From: Macrostomum hystrix
Lineage: Eukaryota > Animalia > Platyhelminthes
Reading direction: 5' to 3'
Assembly: GCA_950097015.1 (NCBI GenBank)
Contig: CATNEN010000032.1
Location: 2,232,001 to 2,296,000, forward strand
DNA length: 64,000 bases
Shown: positions 46,597 to 59,526 of the stretch, in pieces
Numbering within the stretch: position 1 is the stretch's first letter
Layout: each line of letters opens with the position of its first letter
Translations under genes and position numbers: made by a program
The notes under the pieces: generated by a model
Databases searched by the model: none
Told to the model about the DNA's origin: nothing
Seen by the model: only the letters and a program-made list of their open reading frames with translations

Positions 46597-47163
46597 TCAC
46601 AATATAAAATAATACTTTTTGGACTTAAAAATGAACCCACGCCAACAAAAGCTCTGGTTTTTCCTCACAGGAAGGAAGCGACGAACTTTGCGAAAAATCG
46701 ATAATGAGCCACTGCCCCTGCTAGCTCTGGTCTCAGCCTCCGTCGAGCCCGCGACGGCCTCCTCGGCAACTTCAACTGGTTCGCCATCCAGACTATCGAT
46801 ATCGGCAGCCGCAGAGCTCAAACCAGAAGACGTAGGCAAGCTCTGCTGGCCGGAGGATCGGCCCCACCAGGCGCGGTGGACGCACAGCTGGCTAAACTGC
46901 CTGTCGCAGCCAGGACCCGGGCACAGCTGGAGGCCGGCCATTGGCTGGTCGGCGCCAAGCCTGGCCAGCATGCAGTGCGAGTGGCACGGATGCTCGCAGC
47001 AGCCCAACGGGTGGCAGAGCGTCTCGTCGCGCTGGCACCAGCGGCGAAGCTTGTCGCCGCAGATGGCGCAGCGGAGCCGCTTGCCGAAGCGCTCCTGGCA
47101 CACTGTTCGGGCCTGATGCAGGCGGCGCCGTTTGGCCAGCAAATTTGAAATGTAGGCTGACAT
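46597..47163 (-). CDS. RING-H2-like zinc-finger protein
   Basis: CAIC-x20-C-x-H-x2-H-x2-C-x16-CPGPGC spacing, followed by an S/A/E-rich tail. The 3' end may be spliced. Confidence 0.65.
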   Translation of the reverse strand: MSAYISNLLAKRRRLHQARTVCQERFGKRLRCAICGDKLRRWCQRDETLCHPLGCCEHPCHSHCMLARLGADQPMAGLQLCPGPGCDRQFSQLCVHRAWWGRSSGQQSLPTSSGLSSAAADIDSLDGEPVEVAEEAVAGSTEAETRASRGSGSLSIFRKVRRFLPVRKNQSFCWRGFIFKSKKYYFIL

Positions 47164-49797
47164 GACAGCTTTGATCTAGGGCTGAAATCTGTGTGCCAGA
47201 TATATCCAGAATGCAGTGTGGTTATAGTCTGTATATTCGATGGACTGGCAGGGAGGCTGCCACAGATGGCAGCCACAAAAACACAATAGGATAGCTATAG
47301 ACCCATTTTATAGCTGGGGAAACTGAAGAAATGGGGAATGAGGAAAGTCTAGCTTAAGAACACTTGTAAACAGTTTCTTTTGGCTACTGGGTTATAAATG
47401 AAGTTGTTTGCTAGATATAGCATCACATTCTAGAATTTACTAGAATGGTACACAAAGGATCCTACATCTCCTCTTTGGTTTAAACCATTAAGCGAATTCT
47501 AGTAAATATATACTTAACTTATTCTAAACCAAAGTCATGGTTTTTTAAGATGTAAAGAATGATTAAGTATATTGTGTATATGTTCCCTTGGAAGGATTTC
47601 TCTGCCCATGTCTTTTTGGTCTAGATCAGGTTCATATTTATAACTAGAATATACAAACAAATAGATGACTAAAATGTAATCAGGTCAGGTGGTTGTATTA
47701 AAAAAGAGTACAGAGAATAGCTATACATTGTATCCTGAAGGAGCTATTTTTAATGGCAAGCCAGAGTATCATGGTATCATTTGTGGCCGTAATTGCACTC
47801 AGCTCAAGAATTGAGGGGTTCAAGTTCTGCTGCAAACATCCCCAGCAGGTCAGAGGTTGACAGGAACTGTTGGTGCTGCAATGCATCCAGCCATGATTGC
47901 TAAAATAAAAAAGATTAAGCAAATGTCAGAAAAATAATTAAACCTATGAAGCTAGAGGATTGGCCAGAGTTTTCCTACTTAATTGCGATATTCGAATAAA
48001 TAGGTTTCAGATTACAACAGTCTATAGTCTCAAATTGTGAATTTTTAATGTCAATTAATATTGTCAATCTCTATCAGGTTTCATACACTAAATCATATGA
48101 AAAAGTGAAACCAGTATTTTGATCAATAATAGATTACTCGTTACTAAATACTTTACTTATTTAGCTTTCGGGAAATATAAAAACGATAATATGATATCTT
48201 TCAACATGGGTAAAAGTCAGAATTTAATGTATTACTTCATTAGTTTCGAAATTCTTCTAATTTTTCGTAAGCGATATATGTAAGAGGATTTTTTAAATGG
48301 TCTACAAAGAAAGTTACTTAAGCACAAAACACGGGGTTATTACAATTACAACGAGGATTATAACTCATACAATAAAGTATTTAATATAAGAAACCGCGAT
48401 CATACGTACCAAGAATTTCATAATCATTTTAAAAAGTATGGCGTTCAAACTAACTCGGAACGAACTCGGAGTTTTCTAATAATAAATGCATTTAAAACAA
48501 ATGAGCGCGAATCTATTTTGCAGTATAACAAAGTTTTATAGTTTTCGTAGAAAAGTTGCATTCAAAGGACAATTTACTATTATTGGCTCCAACTGTTGCA
48601 GCAATGATTTCTTCACGATCGTAGTTAGCAATAAAATGTTTTGAATTTTACAACTACACTTACTACTTTAATCAACACAATAGCTAGTCAAAAGTTTCAC
48701 GTGACAACCTCAGTTTTACAGACACTTTCAAATCAAGTATAAGTGTATTACGAGAATAACATAAGATTAATTCATTTAAAAAATTGGCCAAGCTATAGGC
48801 TAATTTTATGTATGATGGGTTGCTATTGTGCTTTATGATAAATAAACGAAAATAAACAGAAGATTAATTAATTGTTTATGAGTGATGAACCTTTCCAAAT
48901 TTCGTTTAAGCAATTTTTTTTGCAGGATTTATTAGATGAACAGCATTGAATCTGCTTCCAATAAAAAGTTATCAGCATTTTATTGTGAAAAAAAGTGAAA
49001 AGTTTCTATCTCGCTAGTGCAATTTTTGTGAAAATCAGTCTAATAATTTTTCCAAGAAACGAAGTCTTCCGTCCTTCTTCATCTTATAAATTCTCGCCAA
49101 CCCAGGATAAAAAATACATTCTCTGCGGAACAATACTAGAATATTACTATTTAGAATTCCGTTTTTTACACTCACATGACTTTTGTTTATGTGCTGTCGC
49201 TATTTACACTATAAGCTAATATTATCATCCGATCAGATATGATTCACAATGCAAGGTGGAGCGTCAGATAATTTATAATTATACCTGTTCAAACGCTAAA
49301 ATGCATGGAATTCAGCTGAATGCTCTGCATCACAACCCTTGAAGTTTGTGATTTAATCTTCTGCAGAAGCGATAACATGATAGAGCACTGAGACTACTTC
49401 CGTTGGTTAAACCTGACGGTACGAGTACATCTGCCAGCTCTTTGTCATCGTCAGGTGTTGAATATCACAGGACTGAATCATCACAATGCAGAACACACTT
49501 TCAAAGCCCGCTTATACTTTAGTTTTTTTAAACGATTGCATTTAAGAGTATAAAGAATATATTAATATAGACTGGCTGATGATGACTGAAATGAACTGAA
49601 ATGACGAGGCGCGTAGCTCTGCATTAGCCCGTGTTCTGCATTTTCATGTCGATTGGTTGAATATTTTTGTAGACAGAAAAAATGGGGGTATTTGAAATGC
49701 CCCCGTGATCTTTCTATTGTTAGCAATGAATGTGGCCTGAATCTTGGCCCCTTTCGACAAGCTCAACTCGGGTACAATTCTTTAAAAAACCTCCCAG

Positions 49798-52055
49798 AGC
49801 CGAAGAGCAGCGACGCTTCGGCATCTTCCGGGAGAACATGAAGAAGGCCTACGTGTACCAGATGCTGGACCGCGGAGACGCCAAGTACGGCGCCTCGGTG
49901 TTCGCCGACCTCACCCAGGAGGAGTTCCGCAGCCGCTACCTGACACCAAAATGGGACTTGAGCCGGCGACCAACTGAGGAGGCCGTTGTGCCAACGCTGG
50001 GCGACCTGCCGACCAGTTTTGATTGGCGTGAGAAGGGCGCCGTGACGGAGGTGAAGAATCAGGGATCTTGCGGTGAGTTTGAGATCGGATTCCAGATTAA
50101 ATAGCTTCAGATGGTCAGTTTGATGCAGATTTTACATCTTTGCTTTGCTTTTAACCTCCAATCTTTGGTATGTTCAATGGAATAAGCGCGTAGGTCAATG
50201 CTAGATCAGTACATTCGTTAATGCGTACAGTTGGTTGATAGATCAGTACAGTTGGTTGATAGATCAGTACAGTTGGTTGATAGATCAGTACAGTTGGATG
50301 ATAGATCAGTACAGTTGGTTGATAGATCAGTACAGTTGGTTGATAGATCAGTACAGTTGGATGATAGATCAGTACAGTTGGTTGATAGATCAGTACAGTT
50401 GGTTGATAGATCAGTACAGTTGGTTGATAGATCAGTACAGTTGGTTGATAGATCAGTACAGTTGGTTGATAGATCAGTACAGTTGGTTGATAGATCAGTA
50501 CAGTTGGTTGATAGATCAGTACAGTTGGTTGATAGATCAGTACAGTTGGTTGATAGATCAGTACAGTTGGTTGATAGATCAGTACAGATGGTAGATCAGT
50601 ACAGTTGATAGATCAGTAAAGTTGGTCATCGACCCAACCCACCTGACAGGCAGTTGCTGGGCCTTCAGCACCACCGGCAACATAGAGGGCCAGTGGTTCA
50701 TCAGCAAGAAGAACCTGGTCGACCTGTCCGAGCAGCAGCTGGTCGACTGTGACAAAGTTGACGAAGGCTGCAATGGCGGCTTGCCAAGCCAGGCTTACAA
50801 GGAGATTCAGCGCATGGGCGGCATGATGACCGAGTCAGAGTATTCCTACAAGGGCAGGGATCAGAAGTGCCAGTTCAACCAGGCGAAGGTAAAGGTGTAC
50901 ATTAACGGCTCAGTGGCCATCTCCAAGGATGAGAATGCCATGGCCGCCTGGCTTGTGCAGAATGGACCAATCAGCATTGGTGAGGATCAGAGGCCTGGGA
51001 TTCTCTTCCCACTCATAACTGAATAAATTTTTAATGCTGCCTTATTGTTGTAGAGGAAGGGGAGCAAAGAGGGGAGATGGGAGATAGGGAGAGTAGACGA
51101 GGAAAGAGAGGTAGATGGTTGAACGAAGAGTGGAGAACAAAAAGGGGAGCAAAGAAGATGGGAAGAGAAAAGTGGGAAAGAGGGGAAGTGGAAGAGGGTA
51201 GAAGGGAAAGGGGAAAAGGGAAAGAGGGTAAAAGGGAAAGAGGGGATGTGGAAGAGGGGAAAGGGAAAAGGGAAAGAGGGGAAAGGGGAAAAGGGAAAGA
51301 GGTTAAAAGGGAAAGAGGGGAAGTGGAAGAGGGGAAAGGGAAAAGGGAAAGAGGGTAAAAGGGAAAGAGGGGAAGTGGAAGAGGGGAAAGGGGAAAAGGG
51401 AAAGAGGGTAAAAGGGAAAGAGGGGAAAGGGAAAAGGGAAAGAGGGTAAAAGGGAAAGAGGGGAAAGGGAAAAGGGAAAGAGGGTAAAAGGGAAAGAGGG
51501 GAAGTGGAAGAGGGGAAAGGGGAAAAGGGAAAGAGGGTAAAAGGGAAAGAGGGGAAAGGGAAAAGGGAAAGAGGTTAAAAGGGAAAGAGGGGAAAGGGAA
51601 AGAGGGTAAAAGGGAAAGGGGAAAAGGGAAAGAGGGTAAAAGGGAAAGAGGGGAAGTGGAAGAGGGGAAAGGGGAAAAGGGAAAGAGGGGAAAGAGGAAA
51701 AGGGAAAGAGGGGAAAGAGGAAAAGGGAAAGAGGGGAAGTGGGAAAAGCCCAACGCAGACCTGCAGGCAGTGCTGACGCAGTCGCCACTCTTCCTCGACT
51801 GCCGCAGGCATCAACGCAAACGCCATGCAATTCTACCTGACCGGCATCTCCCACCCGTGGAAGATCTTCTGCAATCCCAACAATCTGGACCACGGTGTCC
51901 TAATTGTCGGCTACGGCGTCAAGGGCACCGAGCCCTACTGGATTGTAAAGAACTCCTGGGGCACCATCTGGGGCGACAAAGGCTACTACCTGGTCTACAG
52001 GGGCGACGGCACCTGCGGCCTGAACCAGATGTGCACCAGCGCCCAGGTGAAGTAG
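49798..52055 (+). CDS. ctsf: Cathepsin F-like cysteine protease; exons ~49798-50072, 50650-50979, 51808-52055; 5' exon(s) not found
   Basis: Prodomain ERFNAQ motif ([20 protein letters not shown]). QGSCG|SCWAFS is joined across a GT-AG intron. [25 protein letters not shown] and YWIVKNSWG complete the Cys-His-Asn triad. Intron phases are consistent. Confidence 0.93.
50203..50615. repeat. 21-bp minisatellite (gatagatcagtacagttggtt) in a cathepsin intron
   Basis: About 19 tandem units. Confidence 0.97.
51150..51745. repeat. Purine-rich (GGGAAA-type) compound repeat in a cathepsin intron
   Basis: Visible directly. Confidence 0.93.
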
Positions 52056-52489
52056 GGCCCGGCAAAACAAAGCATGGCAAGCGGAAAACTTTAAACTTCA
52101 TTTTCACACACCCACACACACTACTCACAATTGAAAGTAGTAGTTAAACAACATTTTAAGCTAAAATTTAACATTTTCAGTAATTAAAAAACTATATTTT
52201 AAAAAAGACTTCAAAATAATCAAATAAGCTATTTCAAATTCAGAGCAATATTTCTCAGCATTATTAAAATCTTAATTGAACTGTTTTTACTTATTTCAAA
52301 TTCCACAATTTAATATGCATGACCTGATCAAAGTAATGTTTTTGTATAAAAGATCTTGTTTTTTGAAGTGGCAGTAAATTTTTTGTACGAATATACAAAA
52401 TCCTCAAAACATTTAAATTGAATTTATTTCAACTTTATTCTACAATTAGTTCTAGATCTAACATCGCAGTAGGAATCGTAGGTAGAATC

Positions 52490-55400
52490 GCTGGTGGAGA
52501 CACAACTGGAGTCGCAGCTAGAATCAAAGTAGGAGTCATGGCTGGAATCGCAGGAAGAGTCGTGGCTGGAATCGCAGGAAAAGTCGCAGTTAGAATCGCA
52601 GGAAGAGTCGCAGTTTGAATCGCAGAAAGAGTCGCGGCTAGAATCGCAGGAAGAGTCGCGGCTAGAATCGCAGGAAGAGTCGCAGCTAGAATCGCAGGAA
52701 AAGTCGCAGCTAGAATCGCAGGAAGAGTCGCGGCTGGGATCTCAGAAAGAGTCGTGGCTGGAATCGCAGGAAGAGTCGTGGCTGGAATCGCAGGAAGAGT
52801 CGCTGTTAGTATCGCAGGAAGAGTCGCAGCTGGAATCGCAGGAAGAGTCGCGGCTGGGATCTCAGAAAGAGTCGTGGCTGGAATCGCAGGAAGAGTCGTG
52901 GCTGGAATCGCAGGAAGAGTCGCTGTTAGAATCGCATGAAGAGTCGCAGTTAGAATCGCAGGAAGAGTCGCAGCTGGAATCGCAGGAAGAGTCGCGGCTG
53001 GGATCGCAGGAAGAGTCGTGGCTGGAATCGCAGGAAGAGTCGTGGCTGGAATGGCAGGAAGAGTCGCAGTTAGTATCGCAGGAAGAGTCGCAGCTGGAAT
53101 CGCAGGAAGAGTCGCAGTTAGAATCGCAGAAAGAGTCGCGGCTAGAATCGCAGGAAGAGTCGCAGCTAGAATCGCAGGAAGAGTCGCAGTTAGAATCGCA
53201 GGAAGAGTCGCAGCTGGAATCGCAGGAAAAGTCGCGGCTGGGATCTCAGGAAGAGTCGTGGCTGGAATCGCAGGAAGAGTCGCAGTTAGAATCGCAGGAA
53301 GAGTCACGGCTGGAATCGCAGGAAGAGTCGCAGCTAGAATCGCAGGAAGAGTCGCAGTTAGAATCGCATGAAGAGTCGCAGTTAGAATCGCAGGAAAAGT
53401 CGCGGCTAGAATCGCAGGAAGAGTCGCAGTTAGAATCGCAGGAAGAGTCACAGTTAGAATCGCAGGAAGAGTCGCAGCTGGAATCGCAGGAAAAGTCGCA
53501 GTTTGAATCGCAGGAAGAGTCGCTGTTTGAATCGCAGGAAGAGTCGCAGTTAGAATCGCAGGAAGAGTCGCAGCTGGAATCGCAGGAAGAGTCACGGCTG
53601 GAATCGCAGGAAGAGTCGTGGCTGGAATCGCAGGAAGAGTCGCTGTTAGAATCGCAGGAAGAGTCGCAGTTAGAATCGCAGGAAGAGTCGCAGTTAGAAT
53701 CGCAGGAAGAGTCGTGGCTGGAATCGCAGGAAGAGTCGCTGTTAGAATCGCAGGAAGAGTCGCAGCTGGAATCGCAGGAAAAGTCGCGGCTGGGATCTCA
53801 GGAAGAGTCGTGGCTGGAATCGCAGGAAGAGTCGCAGTTAGAATCGCAGGAAGAGTCACGGCTGGAATCGCAGGAAGAGTCGCAGCTAGAATCGCAGGAA
53901 GAGTCGCAGCTAGAATCGCAGGAAGAGTCGCAGTTAAAATCGCAGGAAGAGTCGCAGCTGGAATCGCAGCTGGAATCGCAGGAAAAGTCGCGGCTGGAAT
54001 CTCAGGAAGAGTCATGGCTGGAATCGCAGGAAGAGTCGCAGTTAGAATCGCATGAAGAGTCGCAGTTAGAATCGCAGAAAGAGTCGCGGCTAGAATCGCA
54101 GAAAGAGTCGCGGCTAGAATCGCAGGAAGAGTCGCAGCTAGAATCGCAGGAAGAGTCGCAGTTAGAATCGCAGGAAGAGTCACGGCTGGAATCGCAGGAA
54201 GAGTCGTGGCTGGAATCGCAGGAAGAGTCGCTGTTAGAATCGCAGGAAGAGTCGCAGCTGGAATCGCAGGAAGAGTCGCAGGCTAGGATCTCAGGAAGAG
54301 TCGTGGCTGGAATCGCAGGAAGAGTCGCAGTTAGAATCGCAGGAAGAGTCACGGCTGGAATCGCAGGAAGAGTCGCAGCTAGAATCGCAGGAAGAGTCGC
54401 AGCTAGAATCGCAGGAAGAGTCGCAGTTTGAATCGCAGGAAGAGTCGCAGCTAGAATCGCAGGAAAAGTCGCGGCTGGAATCGCACGCGGCTAGAATCGA
54501 AGAGTCGCAGTTAGAATCGCAGGAAGAGTCGCAGCTGGAATCGCAGGAAGAGTCGCAGCTAGAATCGCAGGAAGAGTTGCGGCTAGAATCGCAGGAAAAG
54601 TCGCGGCTAGAATCGCAGGAAGAGTCGCAGTTAGAATCGCAGGAAGAGTCACAGTTAGAATCGCAGGAAGAGTCGCAGCTGGAATCGCAGGAAGAGTCGC
54701 AGCTGGAATCGCAGGAAGAGTCGCTGTTTGAATCGCAGGAAGAGTCGCAGTTAGAATCGCAGGAAAAGTCGCGGCTGGGATCTCAGGAAGAGTCGTGGCT
54801 GGAATCGCAGGAAGAGTCGCAGTTAGAATCGCAGGAAGAGTCACGGCTGGAATCGCAGGAAGAGTCGTGGCTGGAATCGCAGGAAGAGTCGCTGTTAGAA
54901 TCGCAGGAAGAGTCGCAGTTAGAATCGCAGGAAGAGTCGCAGTTAAAATCGCAGGAAGAGTCGCAGCTGGAATCGCAGGAAGAGTCGCAGCTAGAATCGC
55001 AGGAAGAGTCGCAGTTAAAATCGCAGGAAGAGTCGCAGCTAGAATCGCAGGAAGAGTCGCAGCTAGAATCGCAGGAAGAGTCGCAGCTGGAATCGCAGCT
55101 GGAATCGCAGGAAAAGTCGCAGCTGGAATCTCAGGAAGAGTCATGGCTGGAATCGCAGGAAGAGTCGCAGTTAGAATCGCAGGAAGAGTCGCAGTTAGAA
55201 TCGCAGAAAGAGTCGCGGCTAGAATCGCAGGAAGAGTCGCAGCTAGAATCGCAGGAAGAGTCGCAGTTAGAATCGCAGGAAGAGTCGCAGCTGGAATCGC
55301 AGGAAAAGTCGCGGCTGGGATCTCAGGAAGAGTCGTGGCTGGAATCGCAGGAAGAGTCGCAGTTAGAATCGCAGGAAGAGTCACGGCTGGAATCGCAGGA

Positions 55401-56080
55401 AGAGTCGCAGCTAGAATCGCAGGAAGAGTCACGGCTGGAATCGCAGGAAGAGTCGCAGCTAGAATCGCAGGAAGAGTCGCAGCTAGAATCGCAGGAAGAG
55501 TCGCAGCTGGAATCGCAGGAAGAGTCGCAGCTAGAATCGCAGGAAGAGTCGCAGTTAGAATCGCAGGAAGAGTCGCAGTTAGAATCGCAGGAAGAGTCGC
55601 AGCTAGAATCGCAGGAAGAGTCGCAGCTAGAATCGCAGGAAGAGTCGCAGCTGGAATCGCAGGAAGAGTCGCAGCTGGAATCGCAGGAAGAGTCGCAGTT
55701 AGAATCGCAGGAAGAGTCGCAGCTAGAATCGCAGGAAGAGTCGCAGCTGGAATCGCAGGAAGAGTCGCAGTTAGAATCGCAGGAAGAGTCGCAGTTAGAA
55801 TCGCAGGAAGAGTCGCAGCTAGAATCGCAGGAAGAGTCGCAGCTAGAATCGCAGGAAGAGTCGCAGCTGGAATCGCAGGAAGAGTCGCAGCTGGAATCGC
55901 AGGAAGAGTCGCAGTTAGAATCGCAGGAAGAGTCGCAGCTAGAATCGCAGGAAGAGTCGCAGTTAGAATCGCAGGAAGAGTCGCAGCTGGAATCGCAGGA
56001 AGAGTCGCAGCTAGAATCGCAGGAAGAGTTGCGGCTAGAATTGCAGGAAAAGTAACGTCTGGAATCGCAGCTAGAATCAA
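52490..56080. repeat. 24-bp tandem array (gaatcgcaggaagagtcgcagcta, built from two 12-bp halves), ~150 copies
   Basis: Tandem units with variant higher-order patterns and degenerate edges. Confidence 0.97.
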
Positions 56081-56699
56081 TCGTATAAGGAATCACAGGA
56101 GGAATCGCAGCTTAAATCACAGCTAGTGTTGACTTGCAAGGCTAAGGAGTTAAAATGAAATGGCTTTCAATTTGCATACTCATCCACGTCCACAGTCTTA
56201 CTTAGGAGCAAGGGAATAAGCATCAGCAGCAGCAGATTACTCACAGGGCCTCATAAATCAAATATTTTCATGCTAAACCTTCATTTTACACACCCGAACC
56301 ATGTCTCTGATCAATCAGTTTGGGGAGTTTAGGAATTTTTATGTACCGACAGAAAATTCCCAATGGGATCTTTGCCCTGCTGGCTGCCGGGAGGATATAA
56401 ATCCTCATATCCTAATCCCTCATCATCGTCATCTTGGAGAATATTTCCCGCCACCAGAGTCCGCATCCGCCAAATCTCCCACGGTCATTGGGCACACGTG
56501 TTTAGCCTTTGTGTGAAGGGATGCGGCCGGATTGACAGGATTATGCTGTTGGCCCAGGTTCTCAGATTGGCTGTCTGGGCCTCGGTCCATATGGCACGGG
56601 GATCAACTGACTCCGCTGGGGGGTCAAGATTTATGAGGGGCTCAAATACTGTTTGAAATCCTGCTACTCCACATGTGGAATCCCTACTCAGATGCCTTT

Positions 56700-57910
56700 C
56701 TCCGATCTCCTCTCCCAGTCTCTCCTCTCCCAGTCTTTCCTCTCCCAGTCTCTCCTCTCCCAGTCTCTCCTCTCCCAGTCTCTCCTCTCCCAGTCTCTCC
56801 TCTCCCAGTCTCTCCTCTCCCAGTCTCTCCTCTCCCAGTCTCTCCTCTCACAGTCTCTCCTCTTTCCGAGTCTCTCCTCACCCAGTCTCTCCTCTCCCAG
56901 TCTCTCCTCTCACAGTCTCTCCTCTTTCCGAGTCTCTCCTCACCCAGTCTCTCCTCTCCCAGTTTCTCTTCTCCCAGTCTGTCCTCACCCAGTCTCTCGT
57001 CTCCCAATCTCTCCTCTCCCAGTCTCTCCTCTCCCAGTCTCTCCTCTCCCAATCTCTTCTCTTTCCGAGTCTCTCTTCTCCCAGTCTGTCCTCACCCAGT
57101 CTCTCCTCTCACAGTCTCTCCACTCCCAGTCTCTCCACTCCCTGTCTCTCCTCTCCCTGTCTCTCCTCTCCCTGTCTCTCCTCTCCCAGTCTCTCCTCTC
57201 CCAGTCTCTCCTCTCCCAGTCTCTCCTCTCCCAATCTCTTCTCTTTCCGAGTCTCTCTTCTCCCAGTCTGTCCTCACCCAGTCTCTCCTCTCCCAGTCTC
57301 TCCACTCCCAGTCTCTCCACTCCCTGTCTCTCCTCTCCCTGTCTCTCCTCTCACAGTCTCTCCTCTTTCCGAGTCTCTCCTCACCCAGTCTCTCCTCTCC
57401 CAGTCTCTCCTCTCACAGTCTCTCCTCTTTCCGAGTCTCTCCTCACCCAGTCTCTCCTCTCCCAGTTTCTCTTCTCCCAGTCTGTCCTCACCCAGTCTCT
57501 CCTCTCCCAGTCTCTCCTCTCCCAGTCTCTCCTCTCCCAGTCTCTCCTCTCCCAATCTCTTCTCTTTCCGAGTCTCTCTTCTCCCAGTCTGTCCTCACCC
57601 AGTCTCTCCTCTCCCAGTCTCTCCACTCCCAGTCTCTCCACTCCCTGTCTCTCCTCTCCCTGTCTCTCCTCTCCCTGTCTCTCCTCTCCCAGTCTCTCCT
57701 CTCCCAGTCTCTCCTCTCCCAATCTCTTCTCTTTCCGAGTCTCTCTTCTCCCAGTCTGTCCTCACCCAGTCTCTCCTCTCCCAGTCTCTCCACTCCCAGT
57801 CTCTCCACTCCCTGTCTCTCCTCTCCCTGTCTCTCCTCTCCCAGTCTCTCCTCTCCCAGTCTCTCCTCTCCCAGTCTCTCCTCTCCCAGTCTCTCCTCTC
57901 CCAGTCTCTC
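56700..57910. repeat. 15-bp satellite (ctcccagtctctcct), same family as 39559-40475
   Basis: Tandem units. Confidence 0.96.
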
Positions 57911-59526
57911 ATTCATCAGCCTCATCTCTCCCAAGGAATTTGCATGTCTCTCAGAGCCATCATGGGCAAACTGGTCGGGGCTTTATGGGAGTGGCCCAGG
58001 CCAGGCGCGTGCCCAAGTGCCTGGGCAAGAACGCAGATCTTATTTATAAAAAAGGCTCACAAAAAGGATTCGTGGAGTGAGGCACTGATGACATCATCGA
58101 TCGTGTCTCGTCTCTCTGGACAATAGCCTGCCCAGCTTCCATCGAGAACAGATTTTCGGAATTTAACAGCCGAACCAAAATTAGAGACATTAATAACGCT
58201 TCGCGGAAAGAAAAATGGGAATCGGGAAATAAGGGGATAATGACCCGATACCGCTGCCACAATGTATTTCTCAAACCCCCATTTGTGGCCCCGCCCCGTG
58301 GTGGAGATGTCCGTCATTAACGGATCCCCCAACTGGCTGCTGCAGCCCTGGAGGGCAGAGGATGCCCTGGAGGGCACTTGTGGCTCACAAGCCACCCATA
58401 CCGTGACTGACAGCTCAGAAAGACCGATTCGCGGAAATGGAAACGGACAGAAATAATAAGGAGGCCAGCTGGGTCAGCAAGAAATTTCAGCTAACACAGA
58501 AATTCATTCGAAGCTGGAGAAGAAAATGAAGTTGAAACTCTCAGTCTCTGCCCCTGGGCGCGGGCGATCAATCGATGGAGACAATCGATATGGGCTATCG
58601 CTGTCAAATTCGACTCAGGCGGTCCCGCTGTTGATACCCCAGTCCCTGCGCCAGATTGACGCAGTTCTTTATTCGTAAGGCCAGGAGGCAAATTTTGAGT
58701 CATCTCCTCTGTCTGCCTCGTTTGAGTAACTTGATCGCACTGGTTTCTCGAGTATTGTGTGTTTGTCAAGTTTCTTAGAAATGAATTTTTCTAGGAAAGA
58801 GCATTCTTGCGAAAGCATGCTGGTTATTTAGGCCTATTCATGTCCATTAGGGCCTTGTTTGTCAACTTCTTACTCTGACAGATTACGAGCGTATATTGGC
58901 TATTAGAATTTCTCCCTCATAGGAATTGGCATGTTTAACCATGCCCAGAGACACTATGAGCTGCAGTGAGTTGAGACTGTCATACAGTCAGCTTTGAGGA
59001 TGAGTCACTCAATCAGTCTGACGCGGAGAATGATGCATAAAAAAGCAAAACAGAGGTCGAATCTGTGGCCTCAAAAACATGCGCAGTGAAAGTGCTGCTG
59101 GCATGACACAATGCTGGATGACGCAATACATTTGTCTGGATGTGGGGGGAATGGGGTGGGGCAGCTGCTGCATTCATTTGTCATTTGGAGTCTGCCCATA
59201 ATTATGAATACTAGTTTCACCTGACAGGCAACCATTGAGTCTGGGGGGGATGTGGCAAGTGTTCTCGTGTGATTCGGCACAAAGCTCTCACTGACTTCCC
59301 TTTCTTTTGCGAAGCAACCTTATTTTGCAGTCAAAGCTCTTCCCACGCAATTCAAACCAGGGGTCGCATTGTCTTTTAAGCAATTGTCTTCTTGACTGGA
59401 AGGCCTTGCGAGTTAACATATTATTAATGCTGTTCTCAACGCTGTGCTCATATTCAGGTATCGCCAGTTCATTTGAGTGTACTGTGCCAGCTGATGACGA
59501 GAAACTAGCTGAAACATAGAAGCAGA

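Noticed and set aside
47750-47860. First (signal-peptide) exon of cathepsin F (MASQSIMVSFVAVIALSS...)
   Set aside because: Only weakly hydrophobic, the frame closes quickly, and no convincing splice link to 49798 was found.
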